The notes: generated from the sequence alone by a model not told the origin. Positions 41,471-55,309 are shown, counted from the first letter of the stretch. The stretch: 64,000 bases of DNA from Octopus vulgaris (GCA_951406725.2 OX597827.1:66278001-66342000), one strand, 5' to 3'. Made by a program: numbers and translations.

Positions 41471-42225
41471 TTATATACAGTTGCTAATCGATAGAAACGT
41501 TCTGGTATGTTGCGGCACGGCTTATACAAATTTTATTTAGGGATCTATTTTTTTTTTTCAAATCAAAGCTGTTTGTAACTATCCAAATATGCATTAACAT
41601 GCTGTGTTCCCATCTTTTGCTACAGAATACATTTACTGCAATGTGTGGAGAAAACAGTAGCTTAATTTCTAAGATCTATTTCATTCCTATACCTTTTTTC
41701 GATACGTAAAATTTATGGCGTATTAAATGAAGTCAGTAGAAGAATTCAGTAATATTTGAAGCCATTTCCTCTTGACAGACCAACTATTTAATTCAGCATC
41801 TAATGTGCCTCTTTGAATATTTCCTACAAACACCCATACATTTCCTTCATTCATTTATATTGCTGATATGTTGATTCAGGATATGCAGTTATTCCTAATA
41901 TTACGCTCTCAAATTCAGTGATATTTTGCACATCTACGTAATTTTTTTTTTAATCTACGTGAATCTTAATTTTTCTTTTTTAATAATTCATTGGATTTTA
42001 CTTTTTCAATGGATTACGGCCACTTTAATGCCGTCATGAGAGGCCTAGCGTAGCGACTAGACTGCACCTTATTCTTTTTAATTTAAGTCTGTTTCATCAT
42101 ATTCTATCGGATCTGTTTTGTAGAAAAGCTGTGTAACGGATAAAAAAGAAACCAACACATGTAATGTAGCGATGGTGTGGGACGAACACAGACATAAATA
42201 CACACATAACATGGTCGTACCATAT

Positions 42226-42269
<44 letters not shown>

Positions 42270-42279
42270 TATATATATA

Positions 42280-42510
42280 GTAAATATAGGATAAATTCTT
42301 TATAAGAATTTATCAAGTAGTTAGCGTGAAAAACCTCGTAAGAGAAAATTCCATCTAATTTTCTCTTAAATATATTTATATTATATAGAGGGCATTACTA
42401 TACATAAATGCTACACGCCAGGGGTGTGTTTATTTATTTTGGTAGTTTTGACTTTAAGAGTCCCTCCTAGTGTGTGGCATATATGTATAGTAATGTCCTC
42501 AATATAATAT
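42280..42510. mobile_element. Diverged relative of the 475-bp family, short fold-back
   Basis: TAGCGTGAAAAACCTCGTAAGAGAAAA and TAGAGGGCATTA...TGCTACACG match 15930-16060; arms ~42378-42424 and ~42464-42510 are inverted; TA-rich flanks. Confidence 0.6.
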
Positions 42511-43680
42511 AATATAATATGATATAATATAATATAATATAATATAATATATATATATATATATATAAATTTATGTGCATGTATTTATGTTTGTGATTGT
42601 CTTACACTATTATAATTAACTTACTTTCTCATCAAAAACTGCTAGTGCATATACACACACACGCGCGTAGACACACACAAACACACACAAACTCACCCAC
42701 ACATACATATATGTATTGTTAAGCGCTAGTAGTTTTAGTGGGAGGGCAATCTGATTATTTCGACCCTTATTGGCAGATACAAGATTGAATGAAAAAAGTT
42801 TTAAAATTAAATTTGAAACAAATTACATCGGAAAGCGTTTCTTCGATATATCCCATCATATCATATTGTCTGTTGCTATCATTGTGCCAGACGTTCCATT
42901 CCAAGCGGATACCATATGGCTAGTTTAGAGGCAGAAAGCTTCCCGCATTTGTTGGCAACATCGGCCATATTACTGACCACCACACATGCAAGAAATGAAC
43001 TATAGAAAGCACTGGACAGTAGGCAGCGTGAGGTAGCACTTCAGTTGCTCAAATTCCTCACGTTTGCTCTTGGTCACCTTGTGTGCTGGATCAGTGTAAT
43101 ATTGTAGGAAGACGCGTCTTTGATTGACCTAAATCAAGATTGCAGATTCTAAGAGTATCATTTATTCCCTGCAACTGTTGAACACAATATTAGCGTTAGC
43201 CATCTGGAACTATCATATTCCGAGTAGAATATAATTAATTTTCAAATAAATCAGTAAAAAAGAAAAAAAAAAGATACAATGTTTTTGTTCGGGTATTTAG
43301 TTCTTATACTGGCCGCATTTGTGATATAGGGATATGGTGGGCAATTTTGAGCAGTGATTGGAATAAGTAAACAATTCTGTATTGAAAATGAACTTTTCTT
43401 GATAAGATACCTTTCACCTAAGTCCCCTGGCATAGCATGATAGAAAAATAAATACGCTACCAAACGTACTTTTGAAGCACTATCATGAATATTTTTCACA
43501 TTTCAGTAAACAAATGGTATTGCATATTTCTGGAGTGTGATTTCATATCGTCTTTAAACTGAAGTTTTATTTCTTGTCTGTATTTTACGCCCCCATCTCG
43601 ATTGTGCCAAATAGAAAACTTGTTTTCATAATATAATTTATGAAACACACAGTTCAGAGAGCATTAACGAAGAGCAAGAA

Positions 43681-43715
<35 letters not shown>

Positions 43716-43828
43716 TATATATACACTGCAATTGAATCAATACATGTTCAGAAATATATTTTTATCTCTTTCTCACCTCCGATACGCATTTTCTCCTCTC
43801 TTCATATATATATATGCACAAAGTGTCA

Positions 43829-43903
<75 letters not shown>

Positions 43904-45682
43904 AATTTAAAGACATGAGATGATATCTGTTACCAGAAATCATAAAATTTCATTGCTCTCTTGAGATGTAACGATAACTTTTGACACCGGATCTAAAAGG
44001 TGAGATAAAAAGTGATAGGTTTGTATGTATGTCTTTATCACTACGAGACACATGGTCACATGGAGAAAAGAATTCTTTTCTTTCTCGAGGTCGATATCGG
44101 ATGTTCACACGTTGGTGTGTCTATGCACTTTATGAGATTTATTTTCAAATTCATTTTTTTAAAAAAACTTTCCAGACTTACGATTTTCTGTTTATCTCTT
44201 CATGGACAGTGTCTATTTTAGAAATATCGGAAAGAAAATACTTTATGTTTTTTAACCTCCATTGTCTTGACTTTCAAAACGTTGTAAATCATCATTCAAT
44301 ACATTTGGCATATCAAAAGAAATTGATTATTTTAATATTATATACCACAGTTATAAGGTGGGATAATATTTCACAAATAAAATATTTAGCATATCAACAA
44401 AATAATGATGCTCATCATACAAATATGAAATGCCTGAATAAGAGGAGAAAATATTGAAAAACGTAACCTCTGATATTTAGAAAAAGAAAACAGTCATATG
44501 TTGGATTATTGTTGATCTGTGTTTATCCTGTAAGGATAAACAACTGCTGTTACAACTGTAGAATTTACAAACCAAATAGTTCGTTAGATCGGCGCTTCGT
44601 GGTGTATACCCGAGAGCGCAATACTTCCGACTGCTTAATTTCTGCGTATCTCTTAAGAAAAGCGTCCAGCTGTTACTGGTACACATCCTTAGTTCTGAGG
44701 GATAGAAGAACGTGACCTGAAATGTTATGATTAAAAAAAAACCTATCATCGATCGAGCAGGGATCGAAACTACGAGCTTACGATCGAAAGCACAAAAGCT
44801 TAATCACAACATCAAAAGCGTTCACAAACGACAACAGAAGCATAACTCGAATTTTGTGCAGTTCGCAGATTCGGTAAATATTAATTATAAATTTGAATTT
44901 GTAATATATCCTTATAAAATCAAACAAAACGTAAATTCCTATACAAACTTCTAAATTTGTGTTTTTCCATATCAGTAAATAGAACGTAATTTCTCCTGTA
45001 GTGCATTGCTGAGGTTTATTTGTATAGGTGTTTGAAGGAATGAAGGAAGCATACCCCACTGTTAAGAAGTGTTTATACATGCAAGCTTTTCTCTATGCAA
45101 ATCCTTCGTTTGTTATGCGTATTATGAGCCACAGATGTAAGTAGATGAGAATATTACTGAAAGCAGATTGAAAGGAACATTTATGATGTATTTTGTTACT
45201 TAAAACCTAACTAGCAATATGAAAATCAAAGAAGCCGAAGCAATATAACTAAAGCGTACACTTCAGAAGATCATAAAATATAATATCAAAGACTCGATCT
45301 TTTCACTGCTACTATAGTGAAGAATCGAATTCCGCCTTAAGTACAGATACAGGAAGCTATCAGAAAAATTTCACATCATCACTCTATCTGCTAACATAGT
45401 TGCCGTATCTATTTCGGTTCATGTCTTCGAAAAATGCCACAGGCGAAAATAGTCTTAAAAAAACTATATATATATCACTAGTTCGAATACTCCTCATCAA
45501 AGATTTCTTCGACATCGTAAACTCTTGTAGGGCTTTCAATAATTACGTATTTATATCTCGTTAGAAAATAGAGGGGTTGTCTAAATGCAGTTTGTCAAGT
45601 ATGAAAGTGGAAGAAATATAAGAAATACATTTTGGAAGAAATAGCGAATAGGATATAACGATGAAAGAGAAAATAATGAATG

Positions 45683-45759
<77 letters not shown>

Positions 45760-45877
45760 TATATGTTTGTGTGTCTTTATGTTTGTTTGTGTGTGCGTAT
45801 GTGTGCCTGAACGGTGTGACTGTGTGTCTGTGTATCTGTATGAATGTGCATATACATATATATGTATGTATATATAG

Positions 45878-45911
<34 letters not shown>

Positions 45912-45993
45912 GGAGATTCAAATGAATATGGTATTTAAGTTGAGGCACCAGAATTTAGTATGGTATTATCCATACAATTTAAAATAAAGTGAT

Positions 45994-46118
45994 TAAAATC
46001 AAAATAAGCAACAAGGATATTCAGAGGTAATGCAGTAGATAATCCAGAGGTAAGAGAGTTGCATGAAACGATCATACTGCATTACCTCTGGATATCCTTC
46101 TTGCTTATTTAGATTTTA
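45994..46118. repeat. Imperfect inverted repeat (~47-bp arms)
   Basis: 45994-46040 vs 46071-46118; abuts (TA)n. Confidence 0.75.
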
Positions 46119-46142
46119 TATATATATATATACTAATATATA

Positions 46143-46345
46143 TATTGGTAAAACGGTAAGATAACAAAAGAAAGAAAGAGACCTCAATATTAGGTAAATA
46201 GAGGAAATTTATCTTTAAAATAATAAGTGACAATTATTCAATAGCCAAGATAAAACTCTGAGTTTCAGATGCCGAGGGAGAAATCCACAACACTATCTTT
46301 TCGGTTATCTGGCCATCTGAAAAACGCTATGAAAAAAGACCGTTA
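46143..46345 (-). mobile_element. Second copy of the 8.9-kb Penelope-like family with degenerate hammerhead
   Basis: Minus strand AGATAA-CCGAAAA-...-GAAA-CTCAGAG-TT-TTATCT (stem I AGATAA/TTATCT); between (TA)n tracts. Confidence 0.55.
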
Positions 46346-46789
46346 TATATATATATATATATATATATAATTATATATATGTATATATAGGCAAATCGAA
46401 TGTGAAGATAAATATAACAAAAATAAGGGCCAAGTGGACATACACAGTGAATGTATTACGTCGGCTCTGTGTGTGTTTCTGGGTATGTGTGTGTGTGTAT
46501 GCGCGTGTGTGCCCTCGTGGGTGCACGCGTGTGTGACATTTCGTTCATGGTATTTTGTCAGAAGGCGGAAAGAAGAAAGATCCGGAAAGGAAAAGAAGAG
46601 TCTGTATATGCGTGTGCGCTTATGTGTACGGGAGTTTGCGTATGTGGTTCTCTTAATGTGTATATGAGTGTATGTGAATATGCATACATCTCTGAATATA
46701 TTTATAAATATGTACATATATATATATACACACATATATATGTATTTACATACATATATATATACATATATATATATACATATACAATA

Positions 46790-46821
<32 letters not shown>

Positions 46822-46846
46822 CTATCTATCTATCTATCTATCTATA

Positions 46847-46878
<32 letters not shown>

Positions 46879-46919
46879 CATATATCTATCTATCTATACA
46901 CACACACACACACACACAT

Positions 46920-47810
46920 AGAGTGTGCGATCGATAAATTGTCGCCATATTATTTTTTTTCTGGTGTATGCGCTTTTTTGTGATTATATCGACTACCCAT
47001 TATAGTAGCGACAATTGGGCACCGTCTGTGAGGAAAACAGCACCATGATGCAATTCAGTTTGGCAAAAATTTGAAAAGGACATGCTGTACTGCTTGACAT
47101 TCGCGCCGGAAGCCCTAATACGAACATTTCAGCATGTTTGTTGTGATCACTAGTGATGGCGACGTTATGTCTCCATTCATCCTCCCACACAGCCCCACAC
47201 TCCACACGGGGGTATACATCAAGTTCCTAGAGGAGGTAGTGCTGACCTAGGTCAAGAGGGTGTCTGCTGGAAGACCCTATATCTTGCAATAGACATCTGC
47301 ACCATGACACACAAGTAAGTGAAGTAAGTAATGGCTGTGTTGTGTGGACGCCTCCAAATGATGAAGTAGGCTAGCCCAATACGTAGATATAAAGGGAGAA
47401 GTCTAGCCGTCGGGAGTTGAGTAGAGGTCATCGGAACGTGCGATATAACAGGCTGTCAGACAAATTCTGCGACCACATCACTCCTAGCATTTGGCCACCT
47501 ATCTCCCCATCCTGCAACCTCATTGATTATTATGTGTGGAGCGCATTTGACCGAGGGACCAAGAAAAATTGTTGTATCACGAAAGATGAGCTGAAGATAA
47601 GGATTATGGCAGCATTCAGCAACTTAATCAAGGAGACCGTCCAGAAGATTTGCAGGAGATTCCGAAGTTGTCGGGAGGCTCCGGTTGAAAGCAATGGCGA
47701 TTATATAGAATAAATATACACTTTAGTATTTCAAGATATTTTTGTGTAATGTTGGTCATATATCCGTTAAAATTAGATGTCAGTGTTATTTTCTTTTTTG
47801 CGTCGAGATT
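46920..47810 (+). mobile_element. Internally deleted Tc1/mariner superfamily element, maT (DD37D)-like
   Basis: YIKFLEEVVL...GRPYILQ.TSAP and IWPPISPSCNLIDYYVW...RRFRS..EA.VESNGDYIE; disrupted. Confidence 0.75.
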
Positions 47811-47868
47811 TTATTCACTGCGGCCTCTGGCCAGACTCACTCTCTATCTCTCTCATTCTCTCTCTTTC

Positions 47869-47900
<32 letters not shown>

Positions 47901-47934
47901 CCTCTCTCTATCTCTCTCTCACACGCACACACAC

Positions 47935-48514
47935 ACTAGGGTGAGTCAAAAAGTAATACCATTTTGTTTCGGTCAGGTATAATTACCAACACAGAAACAT
48001 GTATCGTACATGAAAATGAAGCTGGTTCTCTGTTGATCACATCCCTACTTCTCAACATAGTCAACTTTTCTCTCAATAGCAATGTTCAACCTTCGAATGA
48101 GAGCATGTATCCCTGCGTCGTAAAATCCTGTTGACTGTTCTTTGAGCCACTTCTTCACTACAGTTTTCACTTACTCGTCAGACTATCATGTCTTCGGCCT
48201 CATGAAAGATGCTTTGAGAGGCAAACATTATTCCAGTGACGGCGATGTGAATATCTAATGAAGAAGTGACTCAAAGAACAGTCAACAGGATTTTACGACG
48301 CAGAAGTGACTCAAAGAACAATTTTTACGGGGTAGGGATACATGCTGTCATTCGAAGGTGGAACATTGCTATTGAGAGAAGCGGTGACTATGTTGAGTAG
48401 TAGGGATGTGACCCACAGAGGGTCAGCTTCGTTGTGATGTATGATAAATGTTCCTTGGCTGGTAGTTATACCTGTGCTAAACAAAATGGCAATACCTTCG
48501 GACTCATCCTCGTA
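47935..48514. mobile_element. Mariner-derived fold-back made of two inverted 3' ends
   Basis: ~240-bp inverted arms; right arm encodes SDYHVFGLMKDALRGKHYSSD...GIHAVIRRWNIAIERSGDYVE; ends GACTCATCCTCG-TA. Confidence 0.8.
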
Positions 48515-49448
48515 TTTACTTAAACTCACATTCAAGATGCAATAAATCAAAGTGGGGTTCGGTCATTGTCCCTTTCATTGTACACACACTGCATTATACA
48601 TACACTAAAATGCCGAACATGAGGTCTAAGAACACGCAGGCTATATCACATGTATCATGAAGGGTTTTAGAGAACATTATGTAGTCACATATTCCTTGAA
48701 ACATATTTACGTATATAAGACACATGCATATGTGGATTATTTCCAATATGTGTATATATTAACATATATATATATTTGTGTGTGTGTGTGCGTATTTTCG
48801 CATGTATGTCTGACTATCTGTCTCTGAATCTGTATGCATGTGTGTACAAGTGAGAGAAGAGTGGTTTATAAAGAAACAGCAACGCAGATACCAGCAAACA
48901 AACTGATAATATACATGTACTTGATCGAAGGAATATATATTTTTTTTGTGCCATCGTCCATGTAATTATATGCATAAACAATTTTAGGCAATTACACAGT
49001 GAATAAAATCCGTTATTATTGTAGCATTGTTCAACCAATTTGTAGGTATGAATTAGTGTAAACATTAATATATATGCAAGATTTTAACCGACAAGTGATT
49101 ATAGCGCAGAGTACATTAGATTGTATATTCACACCCACGTTACCTTTCTATTCTTCCTAGAGATAAATAAACAACCATTCTCTAAGTCTCACTGACGATT
49201 GTATAGCACACACACACCAACACACCCACACCCCGCCACACAAACATAAAACACAAACACACCCACACCCCGCCACACAGGCACAAAACACAAACACACA
49301 CTCAAATTTATATTAACAGACAAACGGATAGCACGATAGGGTGTTCGAACATATCTATCTATCGCTATTTTTCTGTTTGCTTCTCTCTCTCTCTCACTCA
49401 TTCCCCCTCTCTGTCTGTCTCCCCCTCTCTCTCTCTCCCTCATACGTA

Positions 49449-49534
<86 letters not shown>

Positions 49535-49645
49535 TAGATAGATAGATAGATATACAGATAGATAGAGAGATAGGTAGGAAGATAGATAGATAGAGAGAGA
49601 TAGACAGACAGGCATATATATATATATAGAGAGAGAGAGATAGAG

Positions 49646-49706
<61 letters not shown>

Positions 49707-50665
49707 TACAGATAGACAGATGGATAGATAAACAACTGACAAACAGGTACATACATATATTCATATATAGCTCTGTATACGATACATATATATCATATAT
49801 AGAAACGCGCACCGACATGTATATATGCACATATACACACATTTCAAAGTGCTTTGAGTACAAGTCAGGTATTCAAGATGCACGTGCGTCTATAAAGAGT
49901 GCCTGTATATAAACAAATTTCTTTAACGTATATAAATTGCACCAGTATATCTTTCTCGAATAAATACTAAAGAAAGCGATGCAGATTGGACGCTGTTTCG
50001 TACATTTAATTATTATTATTAATTTTCTGTTTTCATATAGTTTTATATTTCAATGTAAGTGATATTTAGTTTTCACAATAATCATGCAAACACAGGAACA
50101 TACATATGCATGGACTGTGCACGCACACACGGAAATAATAATCAACGTAAATCGCATCGATTTATTATGAATGATTGCAGCGATTGCCAGAAAGTAATAT
50201 ATAATAATAATATATATATATAAGTTAAACTTATAACAAAGATAATTAAACAAATATTTTATTTATTGGGTATGTTTATTCCTCGGCAACCATAGAACAT
50301 CTATATACTTATAGATATATACGTGTGTACATAAATATAAATGATATATACATATATACGAGTGCATACACGCACATACACAAATAAATAAATATATATA
50401 TATACATATATGTTTATATTCGCCTATATTCATATATACGTTTGTGTATCAGTTTGTGAAGATGTAGATAATTATATATACATGTTTCTTTTGTGGTTTA
50501 TTCCGCAATAAATCGGAAATATTAAATGGTAGCGGCAGTGATAGTCAGATTGTTTTTATTGATTGTTACAAATGGGAAATTATAAGAACTCACATGATAG
50601 CCTTTTTCCCATGAGAACTATAGTGAATAGAAAACGCATTTATATATACATACATACATATATAC

Positions 50666-50736
<71 letters not shown>

Positions 50737-50739
50737 TAT

Positions 50740-50968
50740 ATACAAAATTTAGAGGGCTGATCACTAAAAGTGGACAGCCTATATGCTGTCGTCAAATCGC
50801 CATTTACTACGAAGAATATGTTCTCAAGAAAAATCTCAGCAAAAAACCAAAGTGTAAAAATAAGTAAGACACTGGAAAATATACGAAATAAAGAAACGAT
50901 TACCTAAGACGTCTATGTTCAACATAGAGGCTGTCCACTTTTATTGGTCAGTCCTCTAAATTTTGTAT
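50740..50968. repeat. Inverted repeat (~49-bp arms, ~130-bp spacer) between (TA)n tracts
   Basis: ACAAAATTTAGAGGGCTGATCACTAAAAGTGGACAGCCT vs AGGCTGTCCACTTTTATTGGTCAGTCCTCTAAATTTTGT. Confidence 0.8.
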
Positions 50969-51047
50969 GTAAAAAGATTTTTAATCTTCGGATTTTTTTA
51001 AAATATGCTAAGCCACTGGTTTTAATTAATATCAATTTCTACCCTTA

Positions 51048-51111
<64 letters not shown>

Positions 51112-51114
51112 ATA

Positions 51115-51334
51115 TATCATCATCATCATCATCGTTTAACGTCCGCTTTCCATGCTAGCATGGGTTGGACGGTTCAACTGGGGTCTGAGAAGCCCGAAGG
51201 CTGCACCAGGCCAGTCAGATCTAGAAACACTGCCTGATCTGACTGGCCTGGCGCAGCCTTGGGGCTTCCCAGACCCTAGTTGAACCGTCCAACCCATGCT
51301 AGCATGGAAAGCGGACGTTAAACGATGATGATGA

Positions 51335-51340
<6 letters not shown>
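51115..51340. repeat. Fold-back of a retroposon 3' end ((GAT)n tail), ~105-bp arms, 14-nt loop
   Basis: 51115-51221 vs 51236-51340 with a few mismatches; each arm ends ...GCGGACGTTAAACGATGATGATG; (TA)n on both sides. Confidence 0.85.
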
Positions 51341-51404
<64 letters not shown>

Positions 51405-51780
51405 ATATGTATATATACATACATACTATATTTAAATGCAGCAGAAATGTAACAAAAGCTGTTACTCAAAGTTTCACGTTCCCGTTCGGCGGATAGTTTT
51501 CTTAAATTATACAGGGATGTTATTAAAATACCATCAATAGTGGCAAGCGAATTATCAGCCGAACAGACAAATTAATAAAATATATTCATGCAATATTAGA
51601 TATTTAGATATATACACAAAGGCACTACATGGGCAATTACATTGCTAAGAATAGTATTCGAAAAGTACTTCTATGCCACCGAATAGTCATAAATGTACAA
51701 CAGACACAATAAGAAAACATTTCAGCGAACAATAATGACGTCTTACTTGTGCTAGATCAGAACAAGTAATGCTGGTCAAG

Positions 51781-51836
51781 TTGGAACCGGTTTCGAAATT
51801 AGGTGCCAAATAGACGCCTGATTTCCCATCAGCCAA
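51781..51836 (-). ncRNA. Hammerhead-like motif with long stem II (A9>G variant)
   Basis: Minus strand TTGG-CTGATGG-GAAATCAGGCGTC(TATTT)GGCACCTAATTTC-GAAA-CCG-GTT-CCAA: stem I TTGG/CCAA, ~13-bp stem II with two mismatches, palindromic ACCGGT stem III, GUU triplet. Confidence 0.6.
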
Positions 51837-52253
51837 AAGTCTGCCAGCTATTTATAACTAACATATATATATATGCGTGTCTGTGTCTGTGTGTGCGTGT
51901 GTGTGTATGCGTGCGTGCGTGTGTGCGCGCCTGCGTATGCGTTTTTTTTTTAGTCCGCGCGCGAGTGTGCGTCTGTGTATGTTTGCGCGCGCCTGAGTGT
52001 GACTTTTTGTGCGCATGGCGCGAATGTGTGCATATGTATATACAGAGAGAGAGAGAGAGATAGATGCCTAGATTAATAGTTTTATGGAAGAACAAATAAA
52101 TTAAATTCTGATACGTATATGCGTGCCTGATGTGTGTACTTGGGTATATATATATATATAGGTTTAGGCGGGTGTGTTTGTGTGTGTGTGTGTGTATGAG
52201 TGTGCGTGTGTGCGTGTTTACAGAGATACAGAGAGTGCAAGCGAGGGCGAAAG

Positions 52254-52339
<86 letters not shown>

Positions 52340-52869
52340 GAGAGACAGAGAGAGAAGACTAAGGGAAGAGAAAGAAACAGAGAGACTGTCAGAGAGAGTC
52401 AGATAGTCTTTGAGTAACAGAGTAGTTGCGAAAGGAAACGGTGAAGGATTAGTTATACACATACATATATACGTATATGGTTTGAGATTTAACGAATCCT
52501 ATGTATACAACGCACGCACATCGCTGCAGATTTAAAATGCTAAGTACTTAATTGGGAGGTGATATCTTTCTGTCATGAAATTATTGATATCTCGTGTTAA
52601 CGCTTCAGAACTTAGAGCTGCATTCGTGCGAGTCTGCCATGTCACTTGCACTTTGCCGAGTAATTCGTTGCTTGGTTTATACACTAAGTTTGTAATGTTT
52701 CGTGTTGAAACAGCAGGTGAATGTGTAATGTGTATGAATTAGTCGTGTCATCCTTTGTTTCGTTTAGTCTAACTCATTCCGTTTTGATGTTCGAAATTTA
52801 TGCAGCTATTATTTTAAGCTTTATATCGAATTATTGTAGCTGCGTTCTATGTAATTTAATAGAAATCAC

Positions 52870-53240
52870 AGTTATGGACGTCAACATTTTAGTTGAAATA
52901 AAAGCCGGATGTGACAATATAGTATGAGGAACCTATGATAATACATCTTGTGAAACTAACTGTTCCACACGAATTCAGTATTGATGCAGCCCGTGTTAGA
53001 AAGGGTGAGATTTATGTGTCGCTACTAGAAGACTGTAGATACGCTGGGTGGAAGATAGTACAGTTTCTTGTTGAAGGTGGATGTAGAGGATGCTTGGGTC
53101 CAGGCTAAGACTGTGGTTTCTATCAAACAGTGTCCAGCATCGACAAGTAAATACCATTCTTGAGGATCTGTATAGGGACAATTTAGAGGGCATATCAGTG
53201 TAGGGATATGTGCTCTGTTTAGCTGGAATTTGAAAGAGTG
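52870..53240 (+). pseudogene. HERO-like REL endonuclease 3' fragment
   Basis: KPD...LVKLTVPHE...RKGEIY..LLEDC..AGW...LVEGGCRG, matching ELTVPWE...RK..KY...GW...VEVGCRG. Confidence 0.7.
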
Positions 53241-53523
53241 AAAAGGGATTCATGACTGAAATGAAAATGAAATTATGCATTAAAATTTAACATATTTGTC
53301 AATATAAGTGTTGTGACCTAGCAGAATCGTTAGCACGCAGGAGTAATTACTTAGCGGCATTTAGTCCCTTATTTCTGAGTTTAAATTCCATCGAGGTCGA
53401 CTTTGCCTTACGTCATTTCGGGGTCGTTTAAAGGAATCACTCAAGTCCAAGTATTCAGATTTCCCCTTACTAGATATCGCTGGCTTTATGCCAAAATTTG
53501 AAACCAATATATCTGCCAATATA

Positions 53524-53757
53524 AGGACGGCGAAGTGGCAGAGTGGATAGCGCGCCGGGCGAAATGCCTAGCATTATTTCGTCTGTGTTTACGTTCTGAG
53601 TTCAAATTCCGCCGAGGTCGACTGTGCTTTTCATCCTTTCGGGGTCGATAAATTAAGTACCAGTTACGCACTGGGGTCGATGTAATCGACTTAATACCTT
53701 TGTCTGTCCTTGTTTGTCCTCTCTATGTTTAGCCCCTTGTGGGCAATAAAGAAATAA
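53524..53757 (+). mobile_element. SINE family B monomer
   Basis: Head plus one unit; decayed fragments flank it at 53318-53430 and 53770-53880. Confidence 0.82.
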
Positions 53758-54631
53758 GTATAAATCGCACGCCAGGGGAAAGGCTTAGCGGCATTTCATG
53801 TCAACGGTCTGAGTTCAAATTCTACCGAAATTGACTTTACCTTCTTTTCTATGTCGGCTGAGCACTTGGATCGATGTAAAAGTAATTTACAAAAAGATAT
53901 ACTCAAAAGCAATGAGAGGAATATGAACTAAATCACAAACGACAATTACAAATCTATAAAACATTCATAAACTCCATAATTATAAAGTATTTAAATAAAA
54001 GAAAACAATTTGCTGACTCTGATATATTTGGGGGAAATGCATGGCATCACCTATCAGGGGTCACAGGTAATTCTATAAATTATAATAAATGACATTCTTC
54101 TTTAGTGTAACATAGACTTTACTAAATTTGTTTGTACCACATGGAAATTCTGTGGATAAGGATACTACTCTTTCAACTGATGTAGAGATTGAAGAGATAA
54201 AACTGTTTTCTCACATGTTATTAATGATAGGTATCATATTTGAGTTGTCTTAATTTTGTAGCGATGTATTATCATTTTCTTTTTTTATAAAAAGAAAAAA
54301 TTATCAGCAACACGATCATTACTATCGACATTATTGTTCAAGCTATAATAATCATCAGGATATTCATCATCCTTATCCCCTCCCCCACTACCACCACCAC
54401 CACCACCACCACCATCAACACCACCACCATCATCATCATCAACACGATATTGTTATCCGTATTTACGTTATGCTGTTTTACAATTATCATTAAAATACCT
54501 ATTATTATTGTCAATATTAGAGATACGAAATGTATTTGAACTTCTATATTGCAACGGAAGAAATAAACATATACAACTATCTATACATATATAGCCGCAT
54601 ATATAAACATATATACATAAAATCCGTCCAA

Positions 54632-54677
<46 letters not shown>

Positions 54678-55260
54678 TCTGTATAGAGGCATACACAGTT
54701 ATCTTAAATATATATATATATATATATATATGCATAATTATATACACAGACACTCACTGGCGCAAATATATATTTCGTATATACATATATACGAATATGC
54801 GTGTGTCTGCTCGCGTGAATGTAAGTGTAAATACAAATACACTTGTCCCCTCCTTCAAACATTAAATCGATTAACTAAAATTAATGTAATCATACTTCAA
54901 AACGACGTCGACGAAACTCGAATGAAACCGTTTACATCGTATATCATATTATTACAAGAATGTTATTAGATTAAAAATATATTTTTGGTTTTATAAAAAA
55001 AGAAGATTGCCAAAATATTCGGTTATTTTTACATTTGTTTATAAAGATTTTACAAGATGTTTTTTTATTCTTTTCTGCCGCGTCTTCTTATCTATTTATT
55101 TCAAATTTCTTTTTGCAAGGTATCATATATTTTACCATATTGAATAATCATTTATATATGAATGGTTAAGTATACACACACACATTAGCAATCAAACATA
55201 TATGCATATATAACAATGCGTATACTTATATATATATATATATACACATATATATGTATG

Positions 55261-55309
<49 letters not shown>

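Noticed and set aside
43981-44457. 158-aa ORF
   Set aside because: TTG start, AT-rich low-information composition, no recognisable motif.
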